A DNA stretch of 64,000 nt from Acinetobacter phage ZZ1: the sequence record NC_018087.3; one strand, given 5' to 3'. The first letter of the stretch is position 1. Every line of letters starts with the position of its first letter. The notes beneath the pieces were generated by a model. The model ran no database searches, was not told where the DNA came from, and saw only the letters and a list, made by a program, of their open reading frames with translations. Both the position numbers and the translations under genes were made by a program. Shown here one piece after another: positions 25,415-34,904 of this stretch.

Positions 25415-25729
25415 TTAAATTTTGAAAAGCGGTTTAAATACAATATTTCTATTTTTTAAACCATCTTCAGACACTGATTGTATTTCGAGGGGATCGCCAT
25501 TTAAAATACGGCTAAGAATTTTAGTTTCTTCCGACCAGGACTCCGATTGAACTAGTAAAAATTCTAAGGCCCAATCAATCCAATTTCGCACATGTTTGGC
25601 ATCAATGGACCATTCTAATATAGCATTATGGACAGTATTGCAAACTTGACGTTTTGATTCCGTCGAGTTATACATTAAATGTTTGCTATATTCAATTTCA
25701 CTGGCTATAATTTGAATACGAATTGTCAT
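25415..25729 (-). CDS. hypothetical protein
   Basis: 104-aa ORF. Confidence 0.4.
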   Translation of the reverse strand: MTIRIQIIASEIEYSKHLMYNSTESKRQVCNTVHNAILEWSIDAKHVRNWIDWALEFLLVQSESWSEETKILSRILNGDPLEIQSVSEDGLKNRNIVFKPLFKI

Positions 25730-25935
25730 TTGTTGGCCTCAAACGGTATAAGTTCTATGCCTTCTCTTTTATACATCCGTAATGCATGGCGTAACCCTCT
25801 TGCATTACAAAGACCTGGATATATTGTGAATCCAAATATAGGAGATTGCTTATCCATCCGCATTTTCACATCTATTGTACCGTCTTCATTAAGTCTGACT
25901 AACTTTGCATCTTTTCTTGAAAGCATTGAAATCAT
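25726..25935 (-). CDS. hypothetical protein
   Basis: 69-aa ORF with a 4-nt overlap to its neighbour. Confidence 0.4.
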   Translation of the reverse strand: MISMLSRKDAKLVRLNEDGTIDVKMRMDKQSPIFGFTIYPGLCNARGLRHALRMYKREGIELIPFEANK

Positions 25936-25943
25936 TTTATTAC

Positions 25944-26273
25944 CTATTTTAATGGATGCATTGTAACAGTAGCATGAGTTTCTGACGCATTGGTAAACAC
26001 ATATTTGGCTTCAGCTTCTAAGAATACATATGTATTCTTATCCGTTTCTACTGTTAATTTAGAAATATTTTCATAGTCTAATGATATTAATTTATCTTGA
26101 TGATCGGGCAAGTTAAGAAGATTTACAGTAAATTTCATCTCATCAAATCCATGAAATTCACCATAATCACTCACATTAGTTGTGATATTTTTAATTGAGA
26201 TTTCAGCTGGTTCAAATTTAACTGAGCCTTCATCACCCATATATCCAAATTCAATTTCAATTTGCATCTTCAT
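25944..26273 (-). CDS. hypothetical protein
   Basis: 109-aa ORF. Confidence 0.4.
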   Translation of the reverse strand: MKMQIEIEFGYMGDEGSVKFEPAEISIKNITTNVSDYGEFHGFDEMKFTVNLLNLPDHQDKLISLDYENISKLTVETDKNTYVFLEAEAKYVFTNASETHATVTMHPLK

Positions 26274-26502
26274 TTACCTTTGATACCAACATAACTTTAT
26301 CATTTTTAATTAAATTTTCAATAAATGAAATTACTCGGGAGACTTGTTCTCCTTCTTCATCTATCCAAATATACGCCCAAGATCCCTTTTCATCCTGGAC
26401 GCAAAATGCTTCTTCATGAAGAGTAGTATAAACTACACCCATCTCTTCACAAAATGTACCCACAATTACGTCGATTTTATTGCGATCGATTAGCATCTTC
26501 AT
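26257..26502 (-). CDS. hypothetical protein
   Basis: 81-aa ORF. Confidence 0.4.
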   Translation of the reverse strand: MKMLIDRNKIDVIVGTFCEEMGVVYTTLHEEAFCVQDEKGSWAYIWIDEEGEQVSRVISFIENLIKNDKVMLVSKVNEDAN

Positions 26503-27109
26503 TTACCATTTCATCAACAATTTCCGCAACGTGTTCACTCCACCAACGAGCAGTTTGAGGCCGTTCCAATTTATCCGCAAATCGACGCAACTCATCTGGA
26601 GTATATTCAATAAGAGGAATCCACTTATTATGCAAGTGTTGGCGTTTTTCTCTTTCAATTGTCTCTTTGTTTTTATTAACAAAAAGCGATTTCATTTGGT
26701 CTTCATCTTGATTGACAAATAAATCAAAAGGGATATTATTAAAACTGAAACGCTCAGTTTCATCACCTGAATAATCATCTTCATCTGGAGTTTCAGTGCA
26801 GACAATATTTACCATAGGTTCACGTTTTTCAATCCAATTAAATCCTGTTGATTTTGCAATATTTTCAGGTGTATGAGGTGCCGAAGGGTCATAATCTGGA
26901 TTTGGTGGATATGTAACAACTTCATGATAATATGCTTCAATACTATATCCAGGGTATCTAGACGTCATCCAAGACGGTAAAAGGGCTGTACAAAATTTAC
27001 CGTCTGTGTGCAACTGTAATAAATTAACAGCTTTAGCTACAAAGTGTTCAGCCGTTGAGCGAATATTTTGCTCTGCTTCATCTCTTAGTTTAAAGATATT
27101 TTTGTTCAT
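26477..27109 (-). CDS. hypothetical protein
   Basis: 210-aa ORF. Confidence 0.45.
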   Translation of the reverse strand: MNKNIFKLRDEAEQNIRSTAEHFVAKAVNLLQLHTDGKFCTALLPSWMTSRYPGYSIEAYYHEVVTYPPNPDYDPSAPHTPENIAKSTGFNWIEKREPMVNIVCTETPDEDDYSGDETERFSFNNIPFDLFVNQDEDQMKSLFVNKNKETIEREKRQHLHNKWIPLIEYTPDELRRFADKLERPQTARWWSEHVAEIVDEMVNEDANRSQ

Positions 27110-27420
27110 ATTTCGCCACCCAATGAATCAATAAGATAAACAAATGCTTGAGATATTAAAGATAATGCAATTGCGGCAAATATACTATAATCTTTAAAAA
27201 TTGCAACAGACGTAATTGTACAAATCGCTGTACATGTTATCCATACTAATGGTTTAACTTTATCCCAATGATTCATCCAAGACCATGTAGAAATACCCAA
27301 AATTACATAATATAAAATAAGCTCAAATACATTTGTATCAATTGCAAGGGATATAAAAAAGAATGCGGACATTAAAGCCGAAAGTCCGCATACTTTATAT
27401 AAAACTGTATTACCAACCAT
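27106..27420 (-). CDS. multi-pass membrane protein (about 104 aa; start revised to the ATG at 27420)
   Basis: Track start is a TTG. The ATG at 27420 is preceded by GGTGAG and overlaps the upstream stop by 11 nt. Three hydrophobic segments. Confidence 0.45.
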   Translation of the reverse strand: MVGNTVLYKVCGLSALMSAFFFISLAIDTNVFELILYYVILGISTWSWMNHWDKVKPLVWITCTAICTITSVAIFKDYSIFAAIALSLISQAFVYLIDSLGGEI

Positions 27421-27865
27421 ATGGATGCTCACCATGACGTAAGTTATAATAAGGGACATGTAAAATATTTTCAATAAAATCTTCTTTAATTAGTCGAAGT
27501 TTTATATCAGTAATACTTTTACCTAATGCATGTGCCCGATCATTTAAAGAAATTGCTTGTTGAATTGCTTTACCAACTGCGCGTTGTTTTTGCGCTAAGT
27601 TATAATCAATTTTTTCCAAAGATTCAATGCGAATTTGTGCTCTATCGACAATGTGACTTTGTGTACGCGCAAGATGCGTATAATTTTCTTCCAAAGCCCG
27701 TGTAATTTTATATTCAGCGTCTGTAATAAGCACATATTGCGCTCGAATATGTGCTTTTATACGTTCGCGGTCAAGTCGAATAGATTTACCTTGTTCACGA
27801 AGTTTTCGGATAAATTTAAAAATACCTAAACGCATATTATTTTCCTCTGTGATCACTATTTTCAT
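27410..27865 (-). CDS. hypothetical protein (151 aa; first ATG at 27865)
   Basis: Track start is a TTG. The ATG at 27865 follows the upstream TGA as TGATATG. Confidence 0.45.
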   Translation of the reverse strand: MKIVITEENNMRLGIFKFIRKLREQGKSIRLDRERIKAHIRAQYVLITDAEYKITRALEENYTHLARTQSHIVDRAQIRIESLEKIDYNLAQKQRAVGKAIQQAISLNDRAHALGKSITDIKLRLIKEDFIENILHVPYYNLRHGEHPYGW

Positions 27866-27866
27866 A

Positions 27867-28163
27867 TCATTCACATTCAATAATCAATTCATGTATATAA
27901 CCATTATCATCTTCGAATTTAAAAATCGTTTGATGATTACACATACTCCACACTGAGCTGACAATAGGTTTCATAAATTCATCGCTGATTCTACCTCCAA
28001 CGAATTTATGACCCATGACATTATGTAATGGATGACGCAACGCAAACCCAAGCATTTCTAAACTTGGAACACAAACAGTAAACTTACTTTGCGTCACACG
28101 TTTTAATTTGCCAAACCAACGCTTTTTATATGTGTATTCCTGGATTCTAAATTTACGACTCAT
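27867..28163 (-). CDS. hypothetical protein
   Basis: 98-aa ORF. Confidence 0.4.
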   Translation of the reverse strand: MSRKFRIQEYTYKKRWFGKLKRVTQSKFTVCVPSLEMLGFALRHPLHNVMGHKFVGGRISDEFMKPIVSSVWSMCNHQTIFKFEDDNGYIHELIIECE

Positions 28164-28188
28164 AATTATTTCCTCAAAAGAATATAAT

Positions 28189-28686
28189 TTATTCTATCGA
28201 GATTTCAAAGTCTTGTACACTGTTTTTAGAAATTTTATCCGTAATAAAATCTGCGCAAATTTTGGCTATTTCTAAATCGGATTTCCCACGCACAGCTAAT
28301 GCTTCGTAAGATTCTGTAATTGCCTGAATTAGCATAAAGTCGCTAGATGAAAATTCCTTTAAAAACTTTTTGGCCTTTGCAAAATTAGCTTGCTTAATAA
28401 TTTGCAAACATTTATCAAACCATTGTTGTTTAATATAGTCTTCATCAATAGCAAGAGTTAAGTGCCGAGCTATATCAAATGAAACTCGAGGATTAACATC
28501 TTCAAAGTTCATAAGATTAAGAGTTACTTTATGCTCATCTTCTTTGCTTGGCTCAATTTCAAGTCGTTTAATATCCGATAATCGAATAATACCAAATGGG
28601 TCATTTGCTTCAAGAATCGCATAAACATTACGAGCTATTTGTTGAATTTGATCTTTTGATTCAACATACTGATTTAAAACGTCCAT
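28189..28686 (-). CDS. hypothetical protein
   Basis: 165-aa ORF. Confidence 0.45.
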   Translation of the reverse strand: MDVLNQYVESKDQIQQIARNVYAILEANDPFGIIRLSDIKRLEIEPSKEDEHKVTLNLMNFEDVNPRVSFDIARHLTLAIDEDYIKQQWFDKCLQIIKQANFAKAKKFLKEFSSSDFMLIQAITESYEALAVRGKSDLEIAKICADFITDKISKNSVQDFEISIE

Positions 28687-29045
28687 TAGATTATACCTGT
28701 TGTCATCATTGTAAACAATTGATCATTTGTATAATGTTTCCACATTGGCCCAAGGGCTTCTTGAGTTTCATTATATAATTCATTAAATTCAGATTTATAT
28801 GTTTTACATAAAATTTCAAGTTGACTATATTCAATACGTTCAATATCACCAGATTGCTGGCTCCAATTAAGATGAGCTTTATCAAATTCACTTCTATTAA
28901 CATCTAATGCTTTACGCAAAAGAGCCGCAGATCGGGCTTTCCATGGATTATCATTGGATAATTCCGACTGATACTCTGCTTTTAATTTCAATACGTCTGT
29001 ATTGATTTTTTTAATAACTTCGAGATATTCAAAAATAGTATACAT
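28686..29045 (-). CDS. hypothetical protein
   Basis: 119-aa ORF. Confidence 0.45.
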   Translation of the reverse strand: MYTIFEYLEVIKKINTDVLKLKAEYQSELSNDNPWKARSAALLRKALDVNRSEFDKAHLNWSQQSGDIERIEYSQLEILCKTYKSEFNELYNETQEALGPMWKHYTNDQLFTMMTTGII

Positions 29046-29046
29046 A

Positions 29047-30087
29047 TTAAATTTTCCTATATTTCATCATACGAACTTTAGCCATTAACCCTGATGCATA
29101 GTTATTAAGAATATAATCCTCAATCTGTTCAGGTGTTGCACCATCTTTAACAATCATATCATTAATATCTTTAGATGGCCATGGCGCAGAATCCCAAAAA
29201 CAAACGCTTTCTCCCGCATCAATAAGAGATTGCATACGTTTAAGAGTGTCTTCATGTCGGCATTCATTATCCATAACCCATATACGATTGCCTTCATATG
29301 GGACCTGGTCCAGACTTAATTTACCGCCTGTAATCGCACATGCATTTGATAAAAATAAACTGTCGAGTGGACCTTCTAACATTAATACCGGTTTCGATTC
29401 ATCGACTGTATCTTGGCCATAAATTTTTGTCGATTCTTCATCGACTTTAATAGTCATATATTTTACGCGTGATTCTTTAAGTGCTCTTCCTTGAAAAGAT
29501 TCGATTTGACCATCTTTATTAAAAATCGGAATGACTAATCGATACTCAGGCATTACTTTTGCAAATGTACCGGGTTTAACTTTATTACAAAGCTCTTGCC
29601 ATTGCGATGTAAACCATAATCGATTATACTTTTCAGTGGGAATCTTTCGAGCTTCAACATACTTAATAATTGGATGGGATTTTGGTAAAGTATCCAATCG
29701 TTGACAATAATCCAATTTTTCAATATGTTTTACTACGTCAGCCTTTTTGGGCTGAACATATAATTCTTTACCTGGTTGTGTGTATCGATTATTAGTTTTA
29801 TGTGCACCTTCTTTAAACTGCGTCATTTGGTAATTTTTAAATGCATCTTCATCATATTCACGTAAAAACATACCAAAGCTATTTGAATAATCACAGTTAT
29901 AGCAGTGAACGAATTTTGTACCCTTATGTTCATAATACCAAAATCGAGCCATAAAAGTATCTTTTGCTGAGTCCCCACACACAGGACAACTACAATTTAA
30001 TTTAAGGGGCATTGCTCCTACTTGTTTAAAGTTTCTCTGTAAAGAGAAATATTGCAATGCGTATTCATCATCAATAAAACTACTCAT
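29047..30087 (-). CDS. 61: DNA primase (T4 gp61-type; zinc-binding domain plus Toprim)
   Basis: 346 aa. Zinc ribbon CSCPVCGDS...HCYNCDY and Toprim LMLEGPLDSLF. T4 gp61 is 342 aa. Confidence 0.85.
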   Translation of the reverse strand: MSSFIDDEYALQYFSLQRNFKQVGAMPLKLNCSCPVCGDSAKDTFMARFWYYEHKGTKFVHCYNCDYSNSFGMFLREYDEDAFKNYQMTQFKEGAHKTNNRYTQPGKELYVQPKKADVVKHIEKLDYCQRLDTLPKSHPIIKYVEARKIPTEKYNRLWFTSQWQELCNKVKPGTFAKVMPEYRLVIPIFNKDGQIESFQGRALKESRVKYMTIKVDEESTKIYGQDTVDESKPVLMLEGPLDSLFLSNACAITGGKLSLDQVPYEGNRIWVMDNECRHEDTLKRMQSLIDAGESVCFWDSAPWPSKDINDMIVKDGATPEQIEDYILNNYASGLMAKVRMMKYRKI

Positions 30088-30105
30088 CTCAACCTCAAAT
30101 AAAAA

Positions 30106-30123
30106 GGGACCCTATTAGGTCCC
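30106..30123 (-). terminator. rho-independent terminator (gggacc-ctatta-ggtccc)
   Basis: aaaaagggaccctattaggtccc, after the stop at 30140. Confidence 0.5.
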
Positions 30124-30139
30124 ATTATATAATATAAAA

Positions 30140-30640
30140 TTAAAAAGCGTCCTCGTTATCCTCTTCAATTTCTGAAATAACGTCTTTTAATTTAGTACGT
30201 TTTTTACCAACTGTTTGTGGACCTGCTGAAGTCACTGCACCCGTAGTTGTACCTGACGCAATTTTTTCTGTATTTCCGCCCGCATCACCGGCCGTCATTT
30301 CTTCTGTAAGTATTTGAATACCTTCAGTCAATTCAGCAAGTTCAGACTCTGTAAGACCAAAGCGTGTGCCGATTGCCGATATAGAACTAGAAATTGTAGC
30401 CCATGTGCTAGCGCCGGGAACAGTTGAAACCATTTTCTTAAGAGCACGCACAGCACCATGAAATGGAGTGTATGCACTTTTTTCTTCATCTGTTTTTGGA
30501 CGTTTAATAACATTTCCACGTTCATCAATTACACCAACTTGGAATGCTTTCCACTCGCTAAAATCTTTTTGCATTAAGCGGATAAATCTATACGCAAAGG
30601 CCGAATCTAATGCGGTTTTAGCCGCGCCTGCAATACTCAT
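30140..30640 (-). CDS. hypothetical protein (acidic C-terminus, Thr/Gly-rich linker)
   Basis: 166-aa ORF directly upstream of the primase gene. Confidence 0.5.
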   Translation of the reverse strand: MSIAGAAKTALDSAFAYRFIRLMQKDFSEWKAFQVGVIDERGNVIKRPKTDEEKSAYTPFHGAVRALKKMVSTVPGASTWATISSSISAIGTRFGLTESELAELTEGIQILTEEMTAGDAGGNTEKIASGTTTGAVTSAGPQTVGKKRTKLKDVISEIEEDNEDAF

Positions 30641-30649
30641 AACCTTCTC

Positions 30650-30949
30650 CTAAAGAAAGTATTTACCTTCGCGTAAAAGTTCTGCCTGGACAGTCCACCA
30701 AAAAGCACAGTCTGCATATGGGTGAATAGTAAGTTCTGCTTTACCATTAGCAACTAATTGATCACGAAACTTTTCAACTTCGGCTACATCATACTTACCT
30801 TTGTAATAATTGATAGATTCAAATATCTCATCTAATGATTTAAAAGACATTTGAACATCAGTAACTACATTTAAGTCCAGACCATCAATAGTTACGGATC
30901 GATCTTCTTTTGTAAGAACACAATATAATGCATCATTCATATGCGCCAC
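30650..30949 (-). CDS. hypothetical protein
   Basis: 99-aa ORF. Confidence 0.45.
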   Translation of the reverse strand: MAHMNDALYCVLTKEDRSVTIDGLDLNVVTDVQMSFKSLDEIFESINYYKGKYDVAEVEKFRDQLVANGKAELTIHPYADCAFWWTVQAELLREGKYFL

Positions 30950-31263
30950 CGTTTCGTATATGTTTCAGCAATTTGAAGTTCTTCTGGACCAAATCCGACT
31001 AATTTTAAATCATCTTTTTCCAGACCAAAGAATTTCAAGAGGTATCGAGATTCAAAAATAGCACGATCAATACACTCTTCAATCGTCAAATCATGCTTTG
31101 TTTGATGACATGCATATTCTAAAATATTATCCGTGTTAAAAATTGACAGGTCTTTTAAGTCAGTGCGTACTGCACGTAAAAAGAACTGGGGGTTACCTGA
31201 ACTTTCATAGGCCCGTACAATCTGTACGGATACTTCATTAATGCGCGGATTTTTATTTGTCAT
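30937..31263 (-). CDS. hypothetical protein
   Basis: 108-aa ORF. Confidence 0.45.
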   Translation of the reverse strand: MTNKNPRINEVSVQIVRAYESSGNPQFFLRAVRTDLKDLSIFNTDNILEYACHQTKHDLTIEECIDRAIFESRYLLKFFGLEKDDLKLVGFGPEELQIAETYTKRWRI

Positions 31264-31274
31264 TTTAAATTTCT

Positions 31275-32315
31275 CTATGATTTATCAAATTTGCCGATTG
31301 TACGTAAATAATTTTCGATTTCATAATCTTTAAAATTACTTTTCATATCCATCATCTTTAAAAATGACATATATGAATCATAACATTTAATTGGTGCAAT
31401 AAATCCACCACCATGATTTATCATAGAATCTGCTACTTGTTTGTAAGATGCAAAAATATAATCCATATGTGCCGAAATTTCTTTGTAGCGATCGGCAAGT
31501 TCTTTGGCCTTTGTTGACGCGAAAGCTTCAGCCCAAATAATTTTAGGTGAATCAATTTCAACCCATGATGAATCTTTAGGCCCTAATTCATTTAATGTAT
31601 TAATAGCTTTTCTTAAAAAGCTTTCTCTTTCTTCGCGAAAGCTACATTTAAATTCAATATGTTCTACAAGGCCATTAACTAATTTATAAATGTTTAATGA
31701 ACCGGCATCAGCTTTAATAATAATATTATCCTTTTTCCAATATTTCCCATCATTAAATCCATACGCTTTATATCGTTTATGGCGATATGGCTTAATAATA
31801 AGGTCTTGATTATCGATAAGAGTTTCAATAATTTCAAAACACCCTTCCACCGATAATAATTTTTCATTTTTAGGGCAAAGTTCCATAGGATTTAAGCCCG
31901 CGACATGAGGGGTATATTTACTTCTTGATATTGTTATATTCAAGTTAAAAGGTATATTATCATTAGAAATATCAAGAGCCCATTGAAAACTAATAGATAC
32001 TAATCCTCCTTTACCGTCGGGCATATTATGTAAATTAATAGTTTTAAAATCAAGTTCATATACATAAATGCTATTGGAATTCATATTATATTTTGAATTC
32101 CATTTTATTGATGAGTCATTTAACAATTCATATAATTTATTAAATCGAATTACAATTGGGTCATTTTTTAAATCGACTTTCGGGGTATATGTAAATACTT
32201 TTTCTGTACCAAATGGGAAAAAGTCGATAACATGTAAACTATCGGATATATTTTGCCATTTATTAGATTCTTTGCGGTTATTTGTACCAAATAAAAATTC
32301 ACTAAACCAACTCAT
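31275..32315 (-). CDS. hypothetical protein (about 346 aa; start revised to the ATG at 32315)
   Basis: Track start at 32396 is a GTG and overlaps a coupled small ORF. The ATG at 32315 (MSWFSEF...) is preceded by TGAGGAT. Confidence 0.5.
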   Translation of the reverse strand: MSWFSEFLFGTNNRKESNKWQNISDSLHVIDFFPFGTEKVFTYTPKVDLKNDPIVIRFNKLYELLNDSSIKWNSKYNMNSNSIYVYELDFKTINLHNMPDGKGGLVSISFQWALDISNDNIPFNLNITISRSKYTPHVAGLNPMELCPKNEKLLSVEGCFEIIETLIDNQDLIIKPYRHKRYKAYGFNDGKYWKKDNIIIKADAGSLNIYKLVNGLVEHIEFKCSFREERESFLRKAINTLNELGPKDSSWVEIDSPKIIWAEAFASTKAKELADRYKEISAHMDYIFASYKQVADSMINHGGGFIAPIKCYDSYMSFLKMMDMKSNFKDYEIENYLRTIGKFDKS

Positions 32316-32325
32316 TTTAATATCC

Positions 32326-32496
32326 TCAAAAATTGCTGTAATTGCATGTTTTGCAGATACGATGATCTGCATGGCCAGGTTTATTGTGATCACCACACTT
32401 GTCTAATGATGATTGACATTTAGGGCATTTTCTTAAAGGTGATGAAAACTTTTTAGAACTATTACGTTTAGCTCCTTTACCATCACGATTACTCAT
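32326..32496 (-). CDS. small Cys4 zinc-ribbon protein (56 aa), below the ORF-track cutoff
   Basis: Manual translation gives MSNRDGKGAKRNSSKKFSSPLRKCPKCQSSLDKCGDHNKPGHADHRICKTCNYSNF. ATGA overlap with the upstream gene (32493-32496). The stop is followed by GAGGAT and the next gene's ATG. Confidence 0.4.
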   Translation of the reverse strand: MSNRDGKGAKRNSSKKFSSPLRKCPKCQSSLDKCGDHNKPGHADHRICKTCNYSNF

Positions 32497-32807
32497 ATTT
32501 CCTCAACAAAAGACCAGGCTGCGTGATATACGCTAGCGCCTTTAGTATCATTCATACAAACCATATCAACAGGACATACTACGCGATAAATCTTTGGTTC
32601 ACCGCCAAATTGATTACATGCACGTCCGGCATAAACTTTAGCCAAACCAAGATCAGCAGTAAAGAACACGCGATCAAGATTTTTATTACGACCTTTTTCT
32701 GATAAAGTATCAGATACAATAGGAGGTAACAACATGTTTTCAATTCCACACGCACTTGAAGAGCCGTGATAAAACACTTTAACTTCAGCAGGAAATAAAT
32801 TGACCAT
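32493..32807 (-). CDS. Tpt1/KptA C-lobe-like (NAD-binding ADP-ribosyltransferase-fold) protein, tentative
   Basis: 104 aa. FPAEVKVFYHGSSS, DRVFFTADLGLAKVYAGR and PKIYRV parallel E. coli KptA [36 protein letters not shown] and PVILTV. The N-terminal RNA-binding lobe is absent. Confidence 0.35.
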   Translation of the reverse strand: MVNLFPAEVKVFYHGSSSACGIENMLLPPIVSDTLSEKGRNKNLDRVFFTADLGLAKVYAGRACNQFGGEPKIYRVVCPVDMVCMNDTKGASVYHAAWSFVEEI

Positions 32808-32857
32808 GATTGTTACCTTAATTAGTTGATGAGTTTATTATACACCAGCTTGGTTAA

Positions 32858-33055
32858 TTAAGTACACCACTTTTTACACCCTTTTGCATGATAAACAGGT
32901 TCTTGAGGTACTCCATCTTTAATTATAAACCCCATTGCAGTGATTGGCGTACCATTAACATCATTTAAGAACGCACTATGCACTTGAACTTCACCTTTAC
33001 CATGAATAGTAATTGATTGATCACATTCTGGAGTTACATATTTTTTAATTTGCAT
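32858..33055 (-). CDS. hypothetical protein
   Basis: 65-aa ORF followed by a promoter-like TGTATAAT before the next gene. Confidence 0.4.
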   Translation of the reverse strand: MQIKKYVTPECDQSITIHGKGEVQVHSAFLNDVNGTPITAMGFIIKDGVPQEPVYHAKGCKKWCT

Positions 33056-33374
33056 TTTTCAATTCTCCGCATTTATATAAAGATTGTTCAATATTTGCAT
33101 AATAACTTTCTTGGCCTGTAACGTCAACACCACCATTCATAGTAAATGCCAATGAGCGACATGTTTTTGCAAGTTCATTCGTATCGTTATATGTGACATC
33201 ACGATTTGAATTACCTTTCATACACATTTTAAAGTCTTCACGAATTTGAGCCCGATTGACAATGTTGTTTTTAACTAATACGCGATTTGAATCACCAATT
33301 TCGCATAAAGGTGTTTCAACTTGTTTTAAACACCCTGTGAATAAGATGGGTAATAAAAGAAGTACGTATTTCAT
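33045..33374 (-). CDS. putative lipoprotein
   Basis: 109 aa. Signal peptide plus lipobox LFTGC. Confidence 0.5.
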   Translation of the reverse strand: MKYVLLLLPILFTGCLKQVETPLCEIGDSNRVLVKNNIVNRAQIREDFKMCMKGNSNRDVTYNDTNELAKTCRSLAFTMNGGVDVTGQESYYANIEQSLYKCGELKNAN

Positions 33375-33376
33375 TT

Positions 33377-33634
33377 TTATTCATCCGCAATTAATTGAAT
33401 TGTTGTTCCAGCAGGACAGATATCCCAACCCTGAACAGACGGCCAGGTTTTAGAATGATATCCAATTTGAAAAGAGGGTTCAAATGTCTTAGCATCAGCT
33501 TGTACAACCGTGCCCTCTTGGGCTGATGTAAACAAAACTGTAATACAATGACTAGAATTAGGGTGCATACGACGTCTAGCCAATAATGGGAATTTGAGTT
33601 TTGTTGGACCATTTAATTTAAGAATACATTTCAT
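33377..33634 (-). CDS. hypothetical protein
   Basis: 85-aa ORF. Confidence 0.4.
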   Translation of the reverse strand: MKCILKLNGPTKLKFPLLARRRMHPNSSHCITVLFTSAQEGTVVQADAKTFEPSFQIGYHSKTWPSVQGWDICPAGTTIQLIADE

Positions 33635-33640
33635 TTCTAA

Positions 33641-33916
33641 TCACCCAAAGCTAAGATTTGAACCAGTTAAAACTGCACATAAATCAGATACGGCTTCTTC
33701 AATATTGTCATTCCAATATTCATTTTCCCATGTAATAAATGTTACATCGCCTGTGCGCGTTTGAACAAGTAAAGTAATATCTTTATACTTGATTTTAACA
33801 ACGTGCTTGTCATCGGTATGTTCCAATGTAATTTGACGCATTGAACCGTCATTAATTACCCATAATGGGCCTGGGTATTGTTGTGTAACAATCGGTGAAA
33901 TTTTGTGCTTAATCAT
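33641..33916 (-). CDS. hypothetical protein
   Basis: 91-aa ORF. Confidence 0.45.
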   Translation of the reverse strand: MIKHKISPIVTQQYPGPLWVINDGSMRQITLEHTDDKHVVKIKYKDITLLVQTRTGDVTFITWENEYWNDNIEEAVSDLCAVLTGSNLSFG

Positions 33917-33932
33917 TTTAATTTCCTCAATT

Positions 33933-34325
33933 TTATTTCATTACATGAATTTCAAAGTATACTTGTTTCATATTTGTATGATCATCAAAATCTACATTAT
34001 GACGCATTACACTTACTTCAAAGCTAGCTTTACCTCGTGAATTAAAAAATTCTAAGCTAGTATTATTATTTGTTTCATAGTTAACCATACCGCCCATGTT
34101 TTTAAGTTCAGTTTTGATTTCTTCTAAACGATTTGTAATAGCATTTTGAGTAATATCGTCAATTGCCATATCAGCATTATAAATTACACCAGCAGAAATC
34201 ATACGCACTAATTTACCTGCAGTATCTCTAAGGGCACAACGTTTTTGATTTGAATCAATCACATACACAGTTTCTTTAGGACATACTTTGTTTAACTGGC
34301 TTAATACTTGGCGTTGATTTAACAT
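33933..34325 (-). CDS. hypothetical protein
   Basis: 130-aa ORF. Confidence 0.45.
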   Translation of the reverse strand: MLNQRQVLSQLNKVCPKETVYVIDSNQKRCALRDTAGKLVRMISAGVIYNADMAIDDITQNAITNRLEEIKTELKNMGGMVNYETNNNTSLEFFNSRGKASFEVSVMRHNVDFDDHTNMKQVYFEIHVMK

Positions 34326-34381
34326 TTTAATTTCCTCATTTAAAATGCTTTATTGCATTTGATGTAGCCATTATAGTAAAA

Positions 34382-34405
34382 AAGGTTATGCTTGTACATA
34401 ACCTT
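34382..34405 (-). terminator. terminator hairpin aaggttatg-cttgta-cataacctt (variant of the TATGTACATA hairpin family)
   Basis: Lies after the stop at 34421, flanked by an A-run and a T-run. Confidence 0.5.
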
Positions 34406-34420
34406 TTGAATAATTTTTAA

Positions 34421-34894
34421 TCATTTAAACCATTTTGGTGGATTACGTTTAGACCACTTCGCAAGATGTGCTTTCTCATTTGAATATAAGCTACGATAGT
34501 GTTTAACTGCATTTTGATAATGAATTTTGCCTGGCATAACTGCTACAAATTCAGTTAATTTATTTTTACCCACAGGAATACGTTCGATTGAATCAATAAG
34601 TTCAGGAATTAAACGCGAACTTGCATGTACTTTTCCATAACGATGCGTGTATTCGGCAAATAATTCAATAACCAAATTTAATAAGTATTCAAAATTTTGG
34701 CGAGATTCCATAACCCAAAGTACGCTTGGATGATTTTTATGTGTTGCTTTATATAAAGTTTCGCTTTCAATTCCATTTAAACGACATACCGTAGAAAGAA
34801 TTTGGCAATATTCGACACACATTTTAACAACGTGTTTATCACAATGTGCTTGTGCATTGAAAGATGGATTCACATCAAAAAGAAAAATATTCAT
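34421..34894 (-). CDS. hypothetical protein (all-alpha, Cys/His-rich N-terminus)
   Basis: 157-aa ORF. Confidence 0.5.
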   Translation of the reverse strand: MNIFLFDVNPSFNAQAHCDKHVVKMCVEYCQILSTVCRLNGIESETLYKATHKNHPSVLWVMESRQNFEYLLNLVIELFAEYTHRYGKVHASSRLIPELIDSIERIPVGKNKLTEFVAVMPGKIHYQNAVKHYRSLYSNEKAHLAKWSKRNPPKWFK

Positions 34895-34904
34895 ATTAAA
34901 TTAC

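Noticed and set aside
32858-33055. 65-aa ORF as the missing N-lobe of the Tpt1-like protein
   Set aside because: Apart from a short VYHAKG/QVHS resemblance it does not align with the Tpt1 winged-helix lobe. It is separated from 32493..32807 by its own stop and by a promoter-like TGTATAAT, so a simple frameshifted pseudogene is unlikely.
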